Below are positions 50,803-60,618 of a stretch of DNA of 64,000 nt, one piece after another. This stretch comes from an uncultured delta proteobacterium. Lineage in GTDB: Bacteria > Desulfobacterota > Desulfobacteria > Desulfobacterales > UBA2156. The number at the start of each line of letters is the position of its first letter. Within the stretch, counting starts at the first letter, position 1. Position numbers and translations under genes: made by a program. Location of the stretch: NCBI GenBank assembly GCA_963736855.1, contig CAVTQK010000024.1:64001-128000 (forward strand), in the 5' to 3' direction. The notes beneath the pieces are model-generated. The model was not told where the DNA came from. It was given only the letters and a program-made list of their open reading frames with translations, and made no database searches.

Positions 50803-51957
50803 ATGAAATCGAAAATCGTACGGTGGGTGCTGGGGTTTTTAATCATCTTGGGGATCGGGGGATACCTATGGCATGCCACCCGCTCCAAACCGATTGAAAT
50901 CGTTGTTCATCCGGTTGAGCAGGGGTTGGTGGAAAAAACGGTTTCCAATACCCGTGCCGGGACAGTCAAAGCCTGCCGCCGGGCGAAGCTTTCGCCGGGA
51001 ATCGGTGGGCAAATCGTCAGGCTCAACGTCCGGGAGGGAGATCGGGCAAAAAAGGGCCAGCTTCTCCTGGAGCTGTGGAACGAAGATCTCACTGCAGAGC
51101 TGACTTTGGCCCAGCGGGAAGCCGGGGCGGCCTTGGCGAAAAAGAAAGCGGTCTGCCTGAGGGCGGAAATGGCCCAGCGGGAAGCCGAACGGCTTGTGAG
51201 TCTTCGGAAAAGCGGAGCGGCTTCCGAGGAGCGCGCAGACCGGGCCGTCACCGAAGCCAAAGCCCTGCAAGCGGAATGTACGGCAGCCGAAGCGGCTATT
51301 TCCATCAGTCAGGCGCGTGCTGCTGCGATCCTGGCGACTCTGGAACGCACTCGCCTTTTCGCTCCTTTTGACGGCGTTATCGCAGAAATCAACGGGGAGC
51401 TTAACGAATACGTCACACCGTCGCCCATCGGTATTCCAACCCCTCCGGCTGTTGATATCATCGACACCTCCTGTTTCTATGTGGTGGCTCCCATCGATGA
51501 GGTGGACGCTCCCCAGGTATCCGTAGGGATGACGGCAAGGGTCAGCCTCGATGCCTTCCGGGAGCGTCGTCTCATGGGAAAAGTCGAAAGAATCGATGCC
51601 TATGTCCTGGATCGGGAACGGCAGGCCCGGACGGTGGATGTGGAAGTTCGCTTCGCTCCGCCGGAAAATGTTACCCGCCTTTTGGCCGGATACAGCGCAG
51701 ACATCGATATTATACTGGAAGTTCACGCGGACACCCTTCGCGTCCCCTCGGAATCGATTTTGGGAAAAAAGAGCGTGTTTATTTTCGACCCGGCGACGAA
51801 AAAAATTGTGAGACGATCCGTGGAAATCGGAATTTCCAACTGGGATTTCACCGAAATCCGGTCCGGGCTCCAAAAAGGGGAACTGGTGGTTCTCAATGTG
51901 GATGAAGCCGGTGTCAAAGACGGGGCTGCCGCCGTACGCGTCGAGAAACGCTCATGA
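50803..51957 (+). CDS. Efflux periplasmic adaptor (MacA-like)
   Basis: TM anchor, GGQIVRLNVREGD, helical hairpin, APFDGVI, IDEVD. Confidence 0.9.
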   Translation: MKSKIVRWVLGFLIILGIGGYLWHATRSKPIEIVVHPVEQGLVEKTVSNTRAGTVKACRRAKLSPGIGGQIVRLNVREGDRAKKGQLLLELWNEDLTAELTLAQREAGAALAKKKAVCLRAEMAQREAERLVSLRKSGAASEERADRAVTEAKALQAECTAAEAAISISQARAAAILATLERTRLFAPFDGVIAEINGELNEYVTPSPIGIPTPPAVDIIDTSCFYVVAPIDEVDAPQVSVGMTARVSLDAFRERRLMGKVERIDAYVLDRERQARTVDVEVRFAPPENVTRLLAGYSADIDIILEVHADTLRVPSESILGKKSVFIFDPATKKIVRRSVEIGISNWDFTEIRSGLQKGELVVLNVDEAGVKDGAAAVRVEKRS

Positions 51958-52631
51958 TTCAGTTGATGGATGTGGACCGGATATTCGAGGTGGGAAATGA
52001 GAAGGTCTACGGACTGAACCGCGTTAATCTATCCGTGGCGGCTGGAGAGTATGTCGCTGTGATGGGGCCGTCCGGATCGGGAAAATCCACTCTTTTAAAT
52101 ATCATCGGTCTCCTCGATCGCCCAACACAGGGGATCTACCGCCTCGACGGTGTGAATACCACAGACCTTTCAGACCACGAGCAGGCCCTGGTCAGAAGGG
52201 ATAAGATCGGATTTGTTTTTCAGTTTTTCCATCTGATTCCGCGGTTGACGGCTGCCGAAAACATCGAACTTCCGCTCATCTTAGCCGGCATGGATGCAAA
52301 AGAACGGAAGCAACGCGTTATGGAAACCCTCAACGCCCTTGGGATTCGGGATAGATCCAGACATCGACCCGATCAGCTTTCAGGAGGCCAACGCCAGCGG
52401 GTGGCCATTGCCCGCGCCACAGTGATGCGGCCCCGCATTATTCTTGCTGATGAACCCACCGGGAACCTCGACCGGGCCTCCGGTACCGAGGTGATTCAGA
52501 TCCTGGAGAAATTGAACCGTATCGGCATTTCGCTGATTATGGTTACTCACGACCCTGCCCTTGGAGAACGGGCGTTGCGGAAAATCGTTATGGAAGACGG
52601 AAAGATCGTCTCAGATAGCCGAAAGGCGTAA
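51954..52631 (+). CDS. ABC transporter ATP-binding protein (MacB/LolD-like)
   Basis: [32 protein letters not shown]. Confidence 0.95.
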   Translation: MIQLMDVDRIFEVGNEKVYGLNRVNLSVAAGEYVAVMGPSGSGKSTLLNIIGLLDRPTQGIYRLDGVNTTDLSDHEQALVRRDKIGFVFQFFHLIPRLTAAENIELPLILAGMDAKERKQRVMETLNALGIRDRSRHRPDQLSGGQRQRVAIARATVMRPRIILADEPTGNLDRASGTEVIQILEKLNRIGISLIMVTHDPALGERALRKIVMEDGKIVSDSRKA

Positions 52632-52641
52632 GAGAAAAACT

Positions 52642-53847
52642 GTGAAATCCGGGGACACGCTTCGATTCGGTATTCAAGCCCTTTTCGGGTATCCGGCGCG
52701 CACCCTCCTTGTCCTTTTGGCCATGGCGATGGGAGTGGCCTCCGTCATCGTATTGACAGCTCTGGGAGAGGGAGCGCGAAGGTACGTGACGCAAGAGTTC
52801 ACGTCCCTGGGCACCCATCTCCTCTTTGTACTTCCGGGACGATCAGAGACCGTGGGGGGACCACCCCCTTTTCTGGCTGCAACACCCAGGGACCTTACAC
52901 TGCAGGATGCCATGGCCCTGACCCGGATCGCTTCGGTGGTGCGGGTGGCTCCGATATCGGTTGGATCGGCCCCGGTTTCCTGGCGCCAGAGGGATCGGGA
53001 AGTTACCATCCTCGGTTCCACCTCCGATCTCTTCGAGATTCGTCAGCTATCCATGGCCCAGGGTGAATTTCTACCGGCACGGGATCCCTTTCAGGGAGAA
53101 GCAGTTGCCGTCCTGGGATCCAGGGTGAAAGAAGAGCTCTTCATGAACGAAAACGCCATGGGTGAGTGGATCCGCATCCAGGACCGCCGTTTCAGGGTCA
53201 TCGGAATCCTGTCAAAAAAGGGTCAGTCCCTCGGAATGGACATGAGCGATGTGGTCGTGATACCGGTGGCCTCCTCCCAGTCCCTTTTTAATACGTTCAC
53301 CTTGTTTCGGATCATGATCCAGGCCAAGAGCCGCCAATCGGTGATTCAAACCAAGGCATCCGTCATTGAGGTCATCCGGGAAAGGCATGACGGGGAAGAC
53401 GACATCACCGTCATCACCCAGGACGCGATCTTGTCCACCTTTGACCGAATACTCGTCACCATGACTTTGACGGTTGCCGGTATAGCGGCCATCAGCCTAG
53501 TGGTAGCCGGGATTCTGATCATGAATGTGATGTTGATTTCCGTTTCCCAACGGCAGACCGAGATCGGGCTCCTCAAGGCCCTGGGAGCCCGATCTCCTCA
53601 GATATTGCGCTTATTCTTAGTGGAAGCCTCCACATTGTCCTTTGCCGGCGCCTGTATGGGTTTGGTTATCGGTTATGGCGGAAAATGGGTTTTATCCGGA
53701 ATGTTTCCATCGTTTCCGCTTCACATCCCCCAGTGGTCCCTGATTGCGGCGGTCTGTGTGGCAGTTTCCAACGGACTGATCTTTGGAGTACTGCCCGCCC
53801 GACGCGCTTCGCGCTTAGACCCGGTGCTGGCTTTGGCCAAACGATGA
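52642..53847 (+). CDS. ABC transporter permease (MacB/FtsX-like)
   Basis: GVASVI, IMNVMLISV..R..EIGLLKALGA, PARRASRLDPV; GTG start inferred. Confidence 0.92.
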   Translation: MKSGDTLRFGIQALFGYPARTLLVLLAMAMGVASVIVLTALGEGARRYVTQEFTSLGTHLLFVLPGRSETVGGPPPFLAATPRDLTLQDAMALTRIASVVRVAPISVGSAPVSWRQRDREVTILGSTSDLFEIRQLSMAQGEFLPARDPFQGEAVAVLGSRVKEELFMNENAMGEWIRIQDRRFRVIGILSKKGQSLGMDMSDVVVIPVASSQSLFNTFTLFRIMIQAKSRQSVIQTKASVIEVIRERHDGEDDITVITQDAILSTFDRILVTMTLTVAGIAAISLVVAGILIMNVMLISVSQRQTEIGLLKALGARSPQILRLFLVEASTLSFAGACMGLVIGYGGKWVLSGMFPSFPLHIPQWSLIAAVCVAVSNGLIFGVLPARRASRLDPVLALAKR

Positions 53848-53857
53848 GAAGGGTGTC

Positions 53858-55057
53858 ATGAAGTTTAAGGATGCCGCCGTGTTGGGTTTCAATTCCATGT
53901 ATGCCCATCGAATGCGCAGTATTTTGACCGCTTTGGGAATCGCCGTCGGTATTGCCTCGGTGGTCCTTCTCACTTCTCTTGGTGAAGGGGTTCATCAGTT
54001 CCTGCTATCTGAATTTACCCAGTTCGGTACCCATCTGATCGCCGTCAATCCGGGAAAGACCACCACCGCCGGAGTCTCCGGTGCGCTAATCAGCAATGTC
54101 AGACCATTGACTCTCGAAGATGCCCTGGCGATCAAGCGGATTCCTGAGGTCGTCGGGTCGGTTCCGGTGGCTTGGGGAAACGCTTCTGTGGAGTTTGAAC
54201 AGCGCAGCCGTCGGACTTATATTTTCGGGACCGGCTCCGAGGCTCCCCAAGTCTGGAAGATGGCGGTTTCGATCGGCCGATTCCTCCCGGACGACGACCC
54301 GAGGGCTGCCAGGGCATTCGCAGTTTTGGGAAGCCGTGTGAAGGAGGAGATTTTCGGATTGCTCAATCCATTGGGCAAGCGGGTCCGTATCGGAGGCGAG
54401 CGCTACCGGGTCATCGGGGTCATGGAGTCGAAAGGGCAGATGCTGGGATTTGACCTGGATGACGCCGTCTATATTCCTGTAGCAAGGGCTTTATCCATGT
54501 TCAACCGGGGAAGCCTCTTGGAGATCGACCTGGTCTATGAGGCGGGCATCAGCGCCGATCAGATCAAGAATAAGGTCAAAAAACTCCTCATTTCCCGGCA
54601 TGGGAGCGAGGATTTCACCATCACCACTCAGGAACAGATGCTATCGGTGCTTGGCTCGGTCTTGAACATCCTGACGTTGGCTATCGGCGCACTGGGCGGG
54701 ATCTCGCTGCTGGTCGGCGGCGTCGGCATTTTAACCATCATGACCATCGCCGTCCAGGAGCGGACCGGGGAAATCGGCCTTTTACGAGCCATCGGCGCCG
54801 GACGAAACCAGATTCTTTCCATTTTTATCGGCGAAGCCCTTGTTCTATCGGGGATCGGCGGATTGGCCGGACTTGTCCTCGGTAGCGGGGGAGCATGGCT
54901 TCTGAGTGCCTTGGTACCGGCCCTCCCAACGCACACCCCGTGGATCTACGCGGTATTGGCTGAACTCCTGGCGTCGGTCGTGGGCTTGGCGGCGGGAGTG
55001 GTCCCTGCGCTTCGTGCGGCCGGTATGGATCCGGTGGAAGCGTTGCGGGCCGAGTAA
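53858..55057 (+). CDS. ABC transporter permease (MacB/FtsX-like)
   Basis: RSILTALGIAVG, VGGVGI, ERTGEIGLLRAIGA, DPVEALRAE. Confidence 0.93.
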   Translation: MKFKDAAVLGFNSMYAHRMRSILTALGIAVGIASVVLLTSLGEGVHQFLLSEFTQFGTHLIAVNPGKTTTAGVSGALISNVRPLTLEDALAIKRIPEVVGSVPVAWGNASVEFEQRSRRTYIFGTGSEAPQVWKMAVSIGRFLPDDDPRAARAFAVLGSRVKEEIFGLLNPLGKRVRIGGERYRVIGVMESKGQMLGFDLDDAVYIPVARALSMFNRGSLLEIDLVYEAGISADQIKNKVKKLLISRHGSEDFTITTQEQMLSVLGSVLNILTLAIGALGGISLLVGGVGILTIMTIAVQERTGEIGLLRAIGAGRNQILSIFIGEALVLSGIGGLAGLVLGSGGAWLLSALVPALPTHTPWIYAVLAELLASVVGLAAGVVPALRAAGMDPVEALRAE

Positions 55058-55107
55058 GTAGGTTAAAGGTAATCCCTGCCAGGAGCATCTATGGACCGGT
55101 TGGACCC

Positions 55108-56076
55108 TCATCGAAGCAGGATATCGTCCATGGAGCGAATTTCCAGACCCTCGGAATCCCGGTACTTGACATACACGGTTTTGGGACCCGGGCCTTCCAT
55201 GAGGACCCATGTCTTGTGCGGGGAATAGGGTTCCCAGGCGGCTCCGGTGAAATCCGCAGTGTTGTTGATGGACACTTCATGGGCATAATCGATGCCGCCG
55301 AATCCGGAAACTTCTTCGTTGGTCATGGACAGTGTAACTTGGCAGACAGGGGTTTCGCTGTCGTCAAAGTTGATGAAAACAGGGAGGACATTGGGCTGGC
55401 TCCCGGCATCGAGGGTCCAATAGGTCTTATGGGAGCCGCCGGCGGAAAAACCGACGCCGATCTCCCTGAGCTGGGGGTGCATCAGGATCGCACAATGGGA
55501 AGGGCTCGCCATCCAGCCAGCCACGACGCTTGCAGGACTGCTATAGCCGGCGGCGATGGTCTCGCCGATGAAACATGAGCCGCCCCCCGGGCCCGGCCCC
55601 CCGCCTCCGCTTTCGATGCCGGAATCGGTGAGGGACTGGGTACCGCCGAACACCCCAAACCCTGAAAGGCATATCCGTTCGGCAGGTGTATATTCCACGG
55701 TGCACTGGTGGGCAAAACAACCGGTATTTCGCATGTGATCTGAGTGGGCCTGAGCCAATGCATTTAAAAGCGGGTTGGCTTTGAAGGGGAGAAGCCCCGC
55801 ACCCAATCGGTTCCGGTTAACGAGGTGGATGACTTCCCGGGAAAAAGCGGCAGACGATTCGACAAATCCCGAAGCGTCCGGTTCCTTTTGAAAAAACGTT
55901 ACATGGCCGATTTGTTCTTGCGGGTCGTAATATCCCAGGGCGAAGTCACTGAAGGGCCCCGATGCCCATGACGAGGCAACCGAGACCGATGTCCAAATCA
56001 AAACAAACAAGGCGGTCAAATGACGGCGATCGCAAAATGTCATTTTACGAAGCGTCGATTGCGGCAATAACCTCAT
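55108..56076 (-). CDS. Secreted CAP (SCP) domain protein with small C-terminal beta domain
   Basis: LVNRNR, AQAHSDHM, GETIAAG, WMASPSHC, EIGVG, YWT. Confidence 0.8.
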   Translation of the reverse strand: MRLLPQSTLRKMTFCDRRHLTALFVLIWTSVSVASSWASGPFSDFALGYYDPQEQIGHVTFFQKEPDASGFVESSAAFSREVIHLVNRNRLGAGLLPFKANPLLNALAQAHSDHMRNTGCFAHQCTVEYTPAERICLSGFGVFGGTQSLTDSGIESGGGGPGPGGGSCFIGETIAAGYSSPASVVAGWMASPSHCAILMHPQLREIGVGFSAGGSHKTYWTLDAGSQPNVLPVFINFDDSETPVCQVTLSMTNEEVSGFGGIDYAHEVSINNTADFTGAAWEPYSPHKTWVLMEGPGPKTVYVKYRDSEGLEIRSMDDILLR

Positions 56077-56252
56077 GAGCGGGCATCCTCATTTTGGCCG
56101 TTTCCATCTGATATTTACTATACGGGACAAATGGCGTCAATTGAAAAAACAATCCTTTCGTCAGACCGTTTACTTCTTACTGGATTTCCATTAGCATAAA
56201 GTGAAATCCTCTTAAGTCCCTTGGATTTTAAAAAGAAAGGTAATTTTTACCT

Positions 56253-57521
56253 ATGATTGGCGAGATTTTAGCCACTGGGGATGAGGTTCGCAGTGGAGCC
56301 CTCATCGACAGTAACTCAGCCCATATTGCCCAGAAGCTGGAAGAGGCAGGGGTTGCCGTCATGCGTCATACTTGTGTGGGGGATGACCACGCGGCCCTTG
56401 TTGCAGCTCTGAGGGAAATCGGGGATAGGGCCGATGTCGCCGTGGTCACGGGGGGGTTGGGTCCCACTGAAGATGACCTTTCAACGGCCGCAGCCGCTGT
56501 TGCGGCAGAGGTGTCACTTGAGTTCTACAATCAGGCCATGCAGGAAATCGAGCGCTTTTTTGAAAACCGTAAGCGCCTGATGAGCGACTCCAACCGAAAA
56601 CAGGCATTTTTACCCAAAGGCTCCATCATGCTGAGCAATCCCATCGGGAGTGCGCCGGGATTTTCCCTCACCATTGGAAAGTGCACTTTTTTTTTCCTTC
56701 CGGGTGTGCCGGTGGAAATGAAAAAGATGCTCACAGAACAGGTTCTGCCCCGGCTTCCCAGGGTTTCTCCGGAGCACCGAACACTCTGCTTGATACGCAC
56801 CTTATCCACATTTGGATTGCCCGAAGCGGCGACCGGAGAACGGCTCTCCGGTCTTTCGGACCTGTTCCCCGGGATCAAGCTGGGGCTCAGGGCAAAGTTT
56901 CCGGAAATTCAGGTCAAACTCTATGCATACGGCAAGGAGGATCAAAACCTCAAAGAGGCATTGGAAAAGGCTTCATCCTGGGTGGCCAATCAGCTTGGGA
57001 AATGCATCGTTTCTATGGACGGCAGCTCCATGGAGGCGGTGATTGGAAGGCTCCTCCTGGAGCGAAACGCTGCTGTCGCCGTGGCCGAAAGCTGCACCGG
57101 GGGCCTGATTTCCCATCGGCTTACCAATATTCCGGGAAGCTCCGACTATTTCCTTCTTTCAGCCGTTACTTATTCGAATGCATCCAAAATCTCGGTACTG
57201 GGGGTTTCTCCAGAAACCATCGATCAATTCGGAGCGGTGCATGAAGAGACCGCAAAGGAGATGGCACTGGGGGTCAAACGGATATCCGGTGCCGACTATG
57301 GTCTTTCCACCACCGGAATTGCCGGTCCCGACGGCGGATCACCCGAAAAACCCGTGGGGACTGTCTGCATCGGCCTGGCTTCGCCCCAGGGTGTGTTTTC
57401 CAAAAAACTCCATTTTTCTTTTGGGAGCCGCCTCATGCACAAAAAAATATTTGCCCAAAGCGCCATGGATATACTCCGGATGAACCTTCTTCACAGTTGT
57501 CCCGAAAAAGCCAGTGCTTAG
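56253..57521 (+). CDS. cinA: CinA family (MoCF-like + NMN deamidase PncC) protein
   Basis: TGDE, TGGLGPTEDD, LPGVP, AESCTGG, TGIAGPDGG. Confidence 0.94.
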   Translation: MIGEILATGDEVRSGALIDSNSAHIAQKLEEAGVAVMRHTCVGDDHAALVAALREIGDRADVAVVTGGLGPTEDDLSTAAAAVAAEVSLEFYNQAMQEIERFFENRKRLMSDSNRKQAFLPKGSIMLSNPIGSAPGFSLTIGKCTFFFLPGVPVEMKKMLTEQVLPRLPRVSPEHRTLCLIRTLSTFGLPEAATGERLSGLSDLFPGIKLGLRAKFPEIQVKLYAYGKEDQNLKEALEKASSWVANQLGKCIVSMDGSSMEAVIGRLLLERNAAVAVAESCTGGLISHRLTNIPGSSDYFLLSAVTYSNASKISVLGVSPETIDQFGAVHEETAKEMALGVKRISGADYGLSTTGIAGPDGGSPEKPVGTVCIGLASPQGVFSKKLHFSFGSRLMHKKIFAQSAMDILRMNLLHSCPEKASA

Positions 57522-57560
57522 CGAGCGGTTGGCAGGGTAAAAGAAGCATAAAAAGAGACT

Positions 57561-58793
57561 ATGGATCTACTAAGGATTTGCGCCGGCTGGCTGATCGACG
57601 GGACCGGCGGCGCCATTCTCCGGAATGGAGTCATGGAAATCGACGGGGAAAGAATCTTATCCGTTTCCAGGATGGATCCCGGAGCCCGGAATCAGGGAGA
57701 AGTTCTCGATTTTTCAGGGTGTACGCTGATACCCGGTCTCATCGATTGCCATGTGCATCTCTGCATGTCCGGAACCACGGACATGACGGTACGGGAAAAG
57801 CAACTGACGGCCGGTTTCGATGAAGCCGGTTTGAGCATCACCCGACACCTGAATCAAGACCTTGATTTCGGCGTAGTTGCCGTGAGGGATGCCGGTGACC
57901 GTTTCGGTCACACCTTGAGATTCAAGGAACAAAAGTTAAAAAATAACCCGTTTTCCGTCCGTCTTCATGCGGCTGGAAAAGCATGGCACGCACCGGGTCG
58001 ATACGGAAGCCTTATCGGAAGGTCCACTGAAAAAGGAGAGAGCCTGGCCCAGGCCATAGAAAGAAAAAGTCTTGGCATTGACTGCGTCAAGATCGTTAAT
58101 TCAGGTGTCAACAGTCTGATCCGGTACGGCAGACAGACCTTGCCCCAATTTAACGCCGAAGAATTGGAAAAAGCGACTCAAGCGGCTCGGGCACGGGGCC
58201 TTCCCGTCATGGTGCATGCCAACGGTGTCGAACCGGTACTGTCGGCCGTATCCGCCCGCGTTCAGTCCATTGAGCATGGGTTTTTCATGGGGACCGAAAA
58301 CCTGAAGCGCATGCGCCATCAGGGTGTGACTTGGGTTCCCACCGCTTTTGCCATGAAAGCCCTCGCGGATCCGGCGGTATGTAAAAACCGGATTCTTTTT
58401 AAAAACGGCTCCAAAGGCTTGCCGCATACGCCTGTTGAAGCGCGCAGTCGAAAGGTTGCCGAACAGACTCTGTCACACCAGCTCGATCAGATCCGGAAAG
58501 CCAAAGAGATCGGCGTCGAGATCGCCTTAGGGACCGATTCCGGTAGTATCGGTGTTAATCATGGGGTATCCACGGTTCAGGAGCTCTCCCTGCTGCTGGA
58601 GTCTGGGCTTCCCATACAGGAAGCCATCCACTGTGCCACCGAAGTCGGCGCAGCCCTTTTGGGTCTTGAAGGACTGGGAACCCTGGTTCCGGGAAAGGAG
58701 GCAACCTTTCTGGTGGTCAAGGGGGCGCCACACAAGCTTCCTGAAAGCCTCTATCAGATCAATACGTTGTACGTGAAAGGGAAAAGAATCTAA
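57561..58793 (+). CDS. Amidohydrolase family protein
   Basis: PGLIDCHVHL, VHANG, SIEHG, LGTDSG. Confidence 0.88.
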   Translation: MDLLRICAGWLIDGTGGAILRNGVMEIDGERILSVSRMDPGARNQGEVLDFSGCTLIPGLIDCHVHLCMSGTTDMTVREKQLTAGFDEAGLSITRHLNQDLDFGVVAVRDAGDRFGHTLRFKEQKLKNNPFSVRLHAAGKAWHAPGRYGSLIGRSTEKGESLAQAIERKSLGIDCVKIVNSGVNSLIRYGRQTLPQFNAEELEKATQAARARGLPVMVHANGVEPVLSAVSARVQSIEHGFFMGTENLKRMRHQGVTWVPTAFAMKALADPAVCKNRILFKNGSKGLPHTPVEARSRKVAEQTLSHQLDQIRKAKEIGVEIALGTDSGSIGVNHGVSTVQELSLLLESGLPIQEAIHCATEVGAALLGLEGLGTLVPGKEATFLVVKGAPHKLPESLYQINTLYVKGKRI

Positions 58794-58844
58794 TCCCCCT
58801 TGATTCGTTGAACCCTTCATCGATCAGCTTTAGCAATCAGCAGA

Positions 58845-59606
58845 TCATTTTTTCTGTTTGAAATCCGGATAGAGTTTCTTGAAGCACTCCGGACAGACGC
58901 TGTGGCTGAACGACAGCTCGGAGTGGGCCTCCAGATAGTTTTCGATCTGATTCCAGTACCCTTTGTCGTCCCTGATTTTTTTGCATGAGGCGCATATAGG
59001 GAGCATGCCTTGAAGTGTCTTAACATTCGACAGAGCCTCTTGAAGACTTGCAACCAGCTGATCACGCTCTTCTTCCGCTTTCATTTCCTTGGTGACAACC
59101 GTCAACATTCCCAGGGACAATGAGATATGGTCATAGGGATAAGTTTCGATGACTGCCTGATCCTTCAGCCAGATGGGATTCCCGGTCTTTGGAAGCACCT
59201 TGTAAACCGCCTCGATGGCTCCGGTTTTCAGGGTAGTCTTTCTCAACTTGTCCCGAATTCCTTCCAAGTGGCTGAGAGTTAGAACCTCTTTATGAATGCT
59301 TTCTGATTCCGTGTATCGGTAGGTACGGTGGTCTATGATATGCGTTTTGAAAGTATCGGCCAGCTCGGTAAAAGAGCACTCCATCAACTCCATGAAGCGT
59401 TTTGCGGCATATTCATACCAGATGTCTTTTTTCTTTTCTTTCCAGGCGGCGATATACGGGATGGCCGGTGTTCCCGTCTCTTCGAACAAGGTGAAAATAT
59501 CGATGTATTGCGCTACGCGGTCTTTGAGATCACGGCTGAAGTCTCCGGTCAGGATCTTCCCTAAATATTTATTTAAAGAGGGGGCCTCGTCGCTGGTTCC
59601 GTTCAT
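58845..59606 (-). CDS. PAS-like domain protein with C-terminal Cys/His-rich (LPICxxCKKIRDD) domain
   Basis: PAS-like end IWLKD...LTVVTKE, coiled coil, LPICASCKKIRDDKGYW...SHSVCPEC. Confidence 0.72.
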   Translation of the reverse strand: MNGTSDEAPSLNKYLGKILTGDFSRDLKDRVAQYIDIFTLFEETGTPAIPYIAAWKEKKKDIWYEYAAKRFMELMECSFTELADTFKTHIIDHRTYRYTESESIHKEVLTLSHLEGIRDKLRKTTLKTGAIEAVYKVLPKTGNPIWLKDQAVIETYPYDHISLSLGMLTVVTKEMKAEEERDQLVASLQEALSNVKTLQGMLPICASCKKIRDDKGYWNQIENYLEAHSELSFSHSVCPECFKKLYPDFKQKK

Positions 59607-59639
59607 CGCGGGTTTTCTCTCCTTTCACTGTTGTTTTTA

Positions 59640-60371
59640 TCATAACAAAGATCCGGCCGTCCGGATAAACCATTTAGTTGCCTCTTGAATAAAAATAGCT
59701 TGATGAACGGGATTGCTCATTCGATGATCTCCTGCCTCAAATCGGATCAGTCGCTTGGGGTTTTCGGCTTTTTCCCGGATTTCAAGGGCATTGGAAAAGG
59801 GAACGGTCTCATCGGCATCCCCGTGAAAAAGAAGGATGTTCCGAATGCGAGGCAAATACTGGGAAAGATCAAAATGAAGGGGATTTCTGTTCAACAGCGC
59901 CCTTGTCAAGGGATCGTGATTCGAATCCGGGTCGGATCCTTTGATTTCGCGGCTTCGGAGCGGTGCGGCCACGGTGACCAGGGCAGGAACGGCACGCCTT
60001 GAAGCAACCCATAAAGATGCGGCACCGCCCATGCTGCTTCCAAACAGGCCTAGAAAGGGCCCTAAGCCTTTTCGGGCGTTGAGCACCTCAATGGCGTTGA
60101 GGATATCCGAGGCTCTCCCCTCAAGAGAGGTTACTTTCACAAAATCCCCATCGCTTTTTCCGCATCCCCGATGATCGAACCGGAAATAGGCGATCCCTTT
60201 TTCGGAAAGTGTTTCGCCAAGGCGCACCTGCTTGGGTGAAGCGGCGTCGCTGAAAAGTCCATGACTTCCGACGACAAAAGGCGAGGCTGGTCGGTTCGGT
60301 TCATGCAAAACACCCCGGAGTTGCATGCCGTCGGATTGAAAAAAGATTTCTACTGAGTCGGAGCCGAACAC
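59640..60371 (-). CDS. Alpha/beta hydrolase
   Basis: SHGL, FDHRGCGKSDG, GSSMG nucleophile, HGDADETVP, GDH. Confidence 0.9.
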   Translation of the reverse strand: MFGSDSVEIFFQSDGMQLRGVLHEPNRPASPFVVGSHGLFSDAASPKQVRLGETLSEKGIAYFRFDHRGCGKSDGDFVKVTSLEGRASDILNAIEVLNARKGLGPFLGLFGSSMGGAASLWVASRRAVPALVTVAAPLRSREIKGSDPDSNHDPLTRALLNRNPLHFDLSQYLPRIRNILLFHGDADETVPFSNALEIREKAENPKRLIRFEAGDHRMSNPVHQAIFIQEATKWFIRTAGSLL

Positions 60372-60392
60372 GAGGTGCTTCCCTCTTTACGA

Positions 60393-60453
60393 GGTGCGCC
60401 GCAATGAGGAAGGGTGCTGCGCAACGCCGTAGTTTGATTTATATGATGCCATC
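60393..60453. repeat. Degenerate fragment of MITE family A
   Basis: GGTGCGCCGCAATGAGGAAGGGTGCTGCGCAACGCC...GATGCCATC aligns to GGTACGCCGCAATGACGAAGGATGCAGTGCAACGCA...GAAGCCATC. Confidence 0.6.
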
Positions 60454-60618
60454 CTGCTTGATTTGTCGGTTTGAATCGCATATGCAGCAAGGACTCGATT
60501 TCTTAAAACCCTTGACCCCTTAAATCTTTTTTTTGAGAAAATTCGAACCCATATTTTTACCCAAAGGCAAATGATTTTTCCCAATTACCGTATGAGATAA
60601 CAAAGTATAAACACAATC

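Noticed and set aside
48428..56076. Genomic island integrated at tRNA-Gly/Cys
   Set aside because: No integrase and no duplicated tRNA 3' end found downstream; composition similar to core
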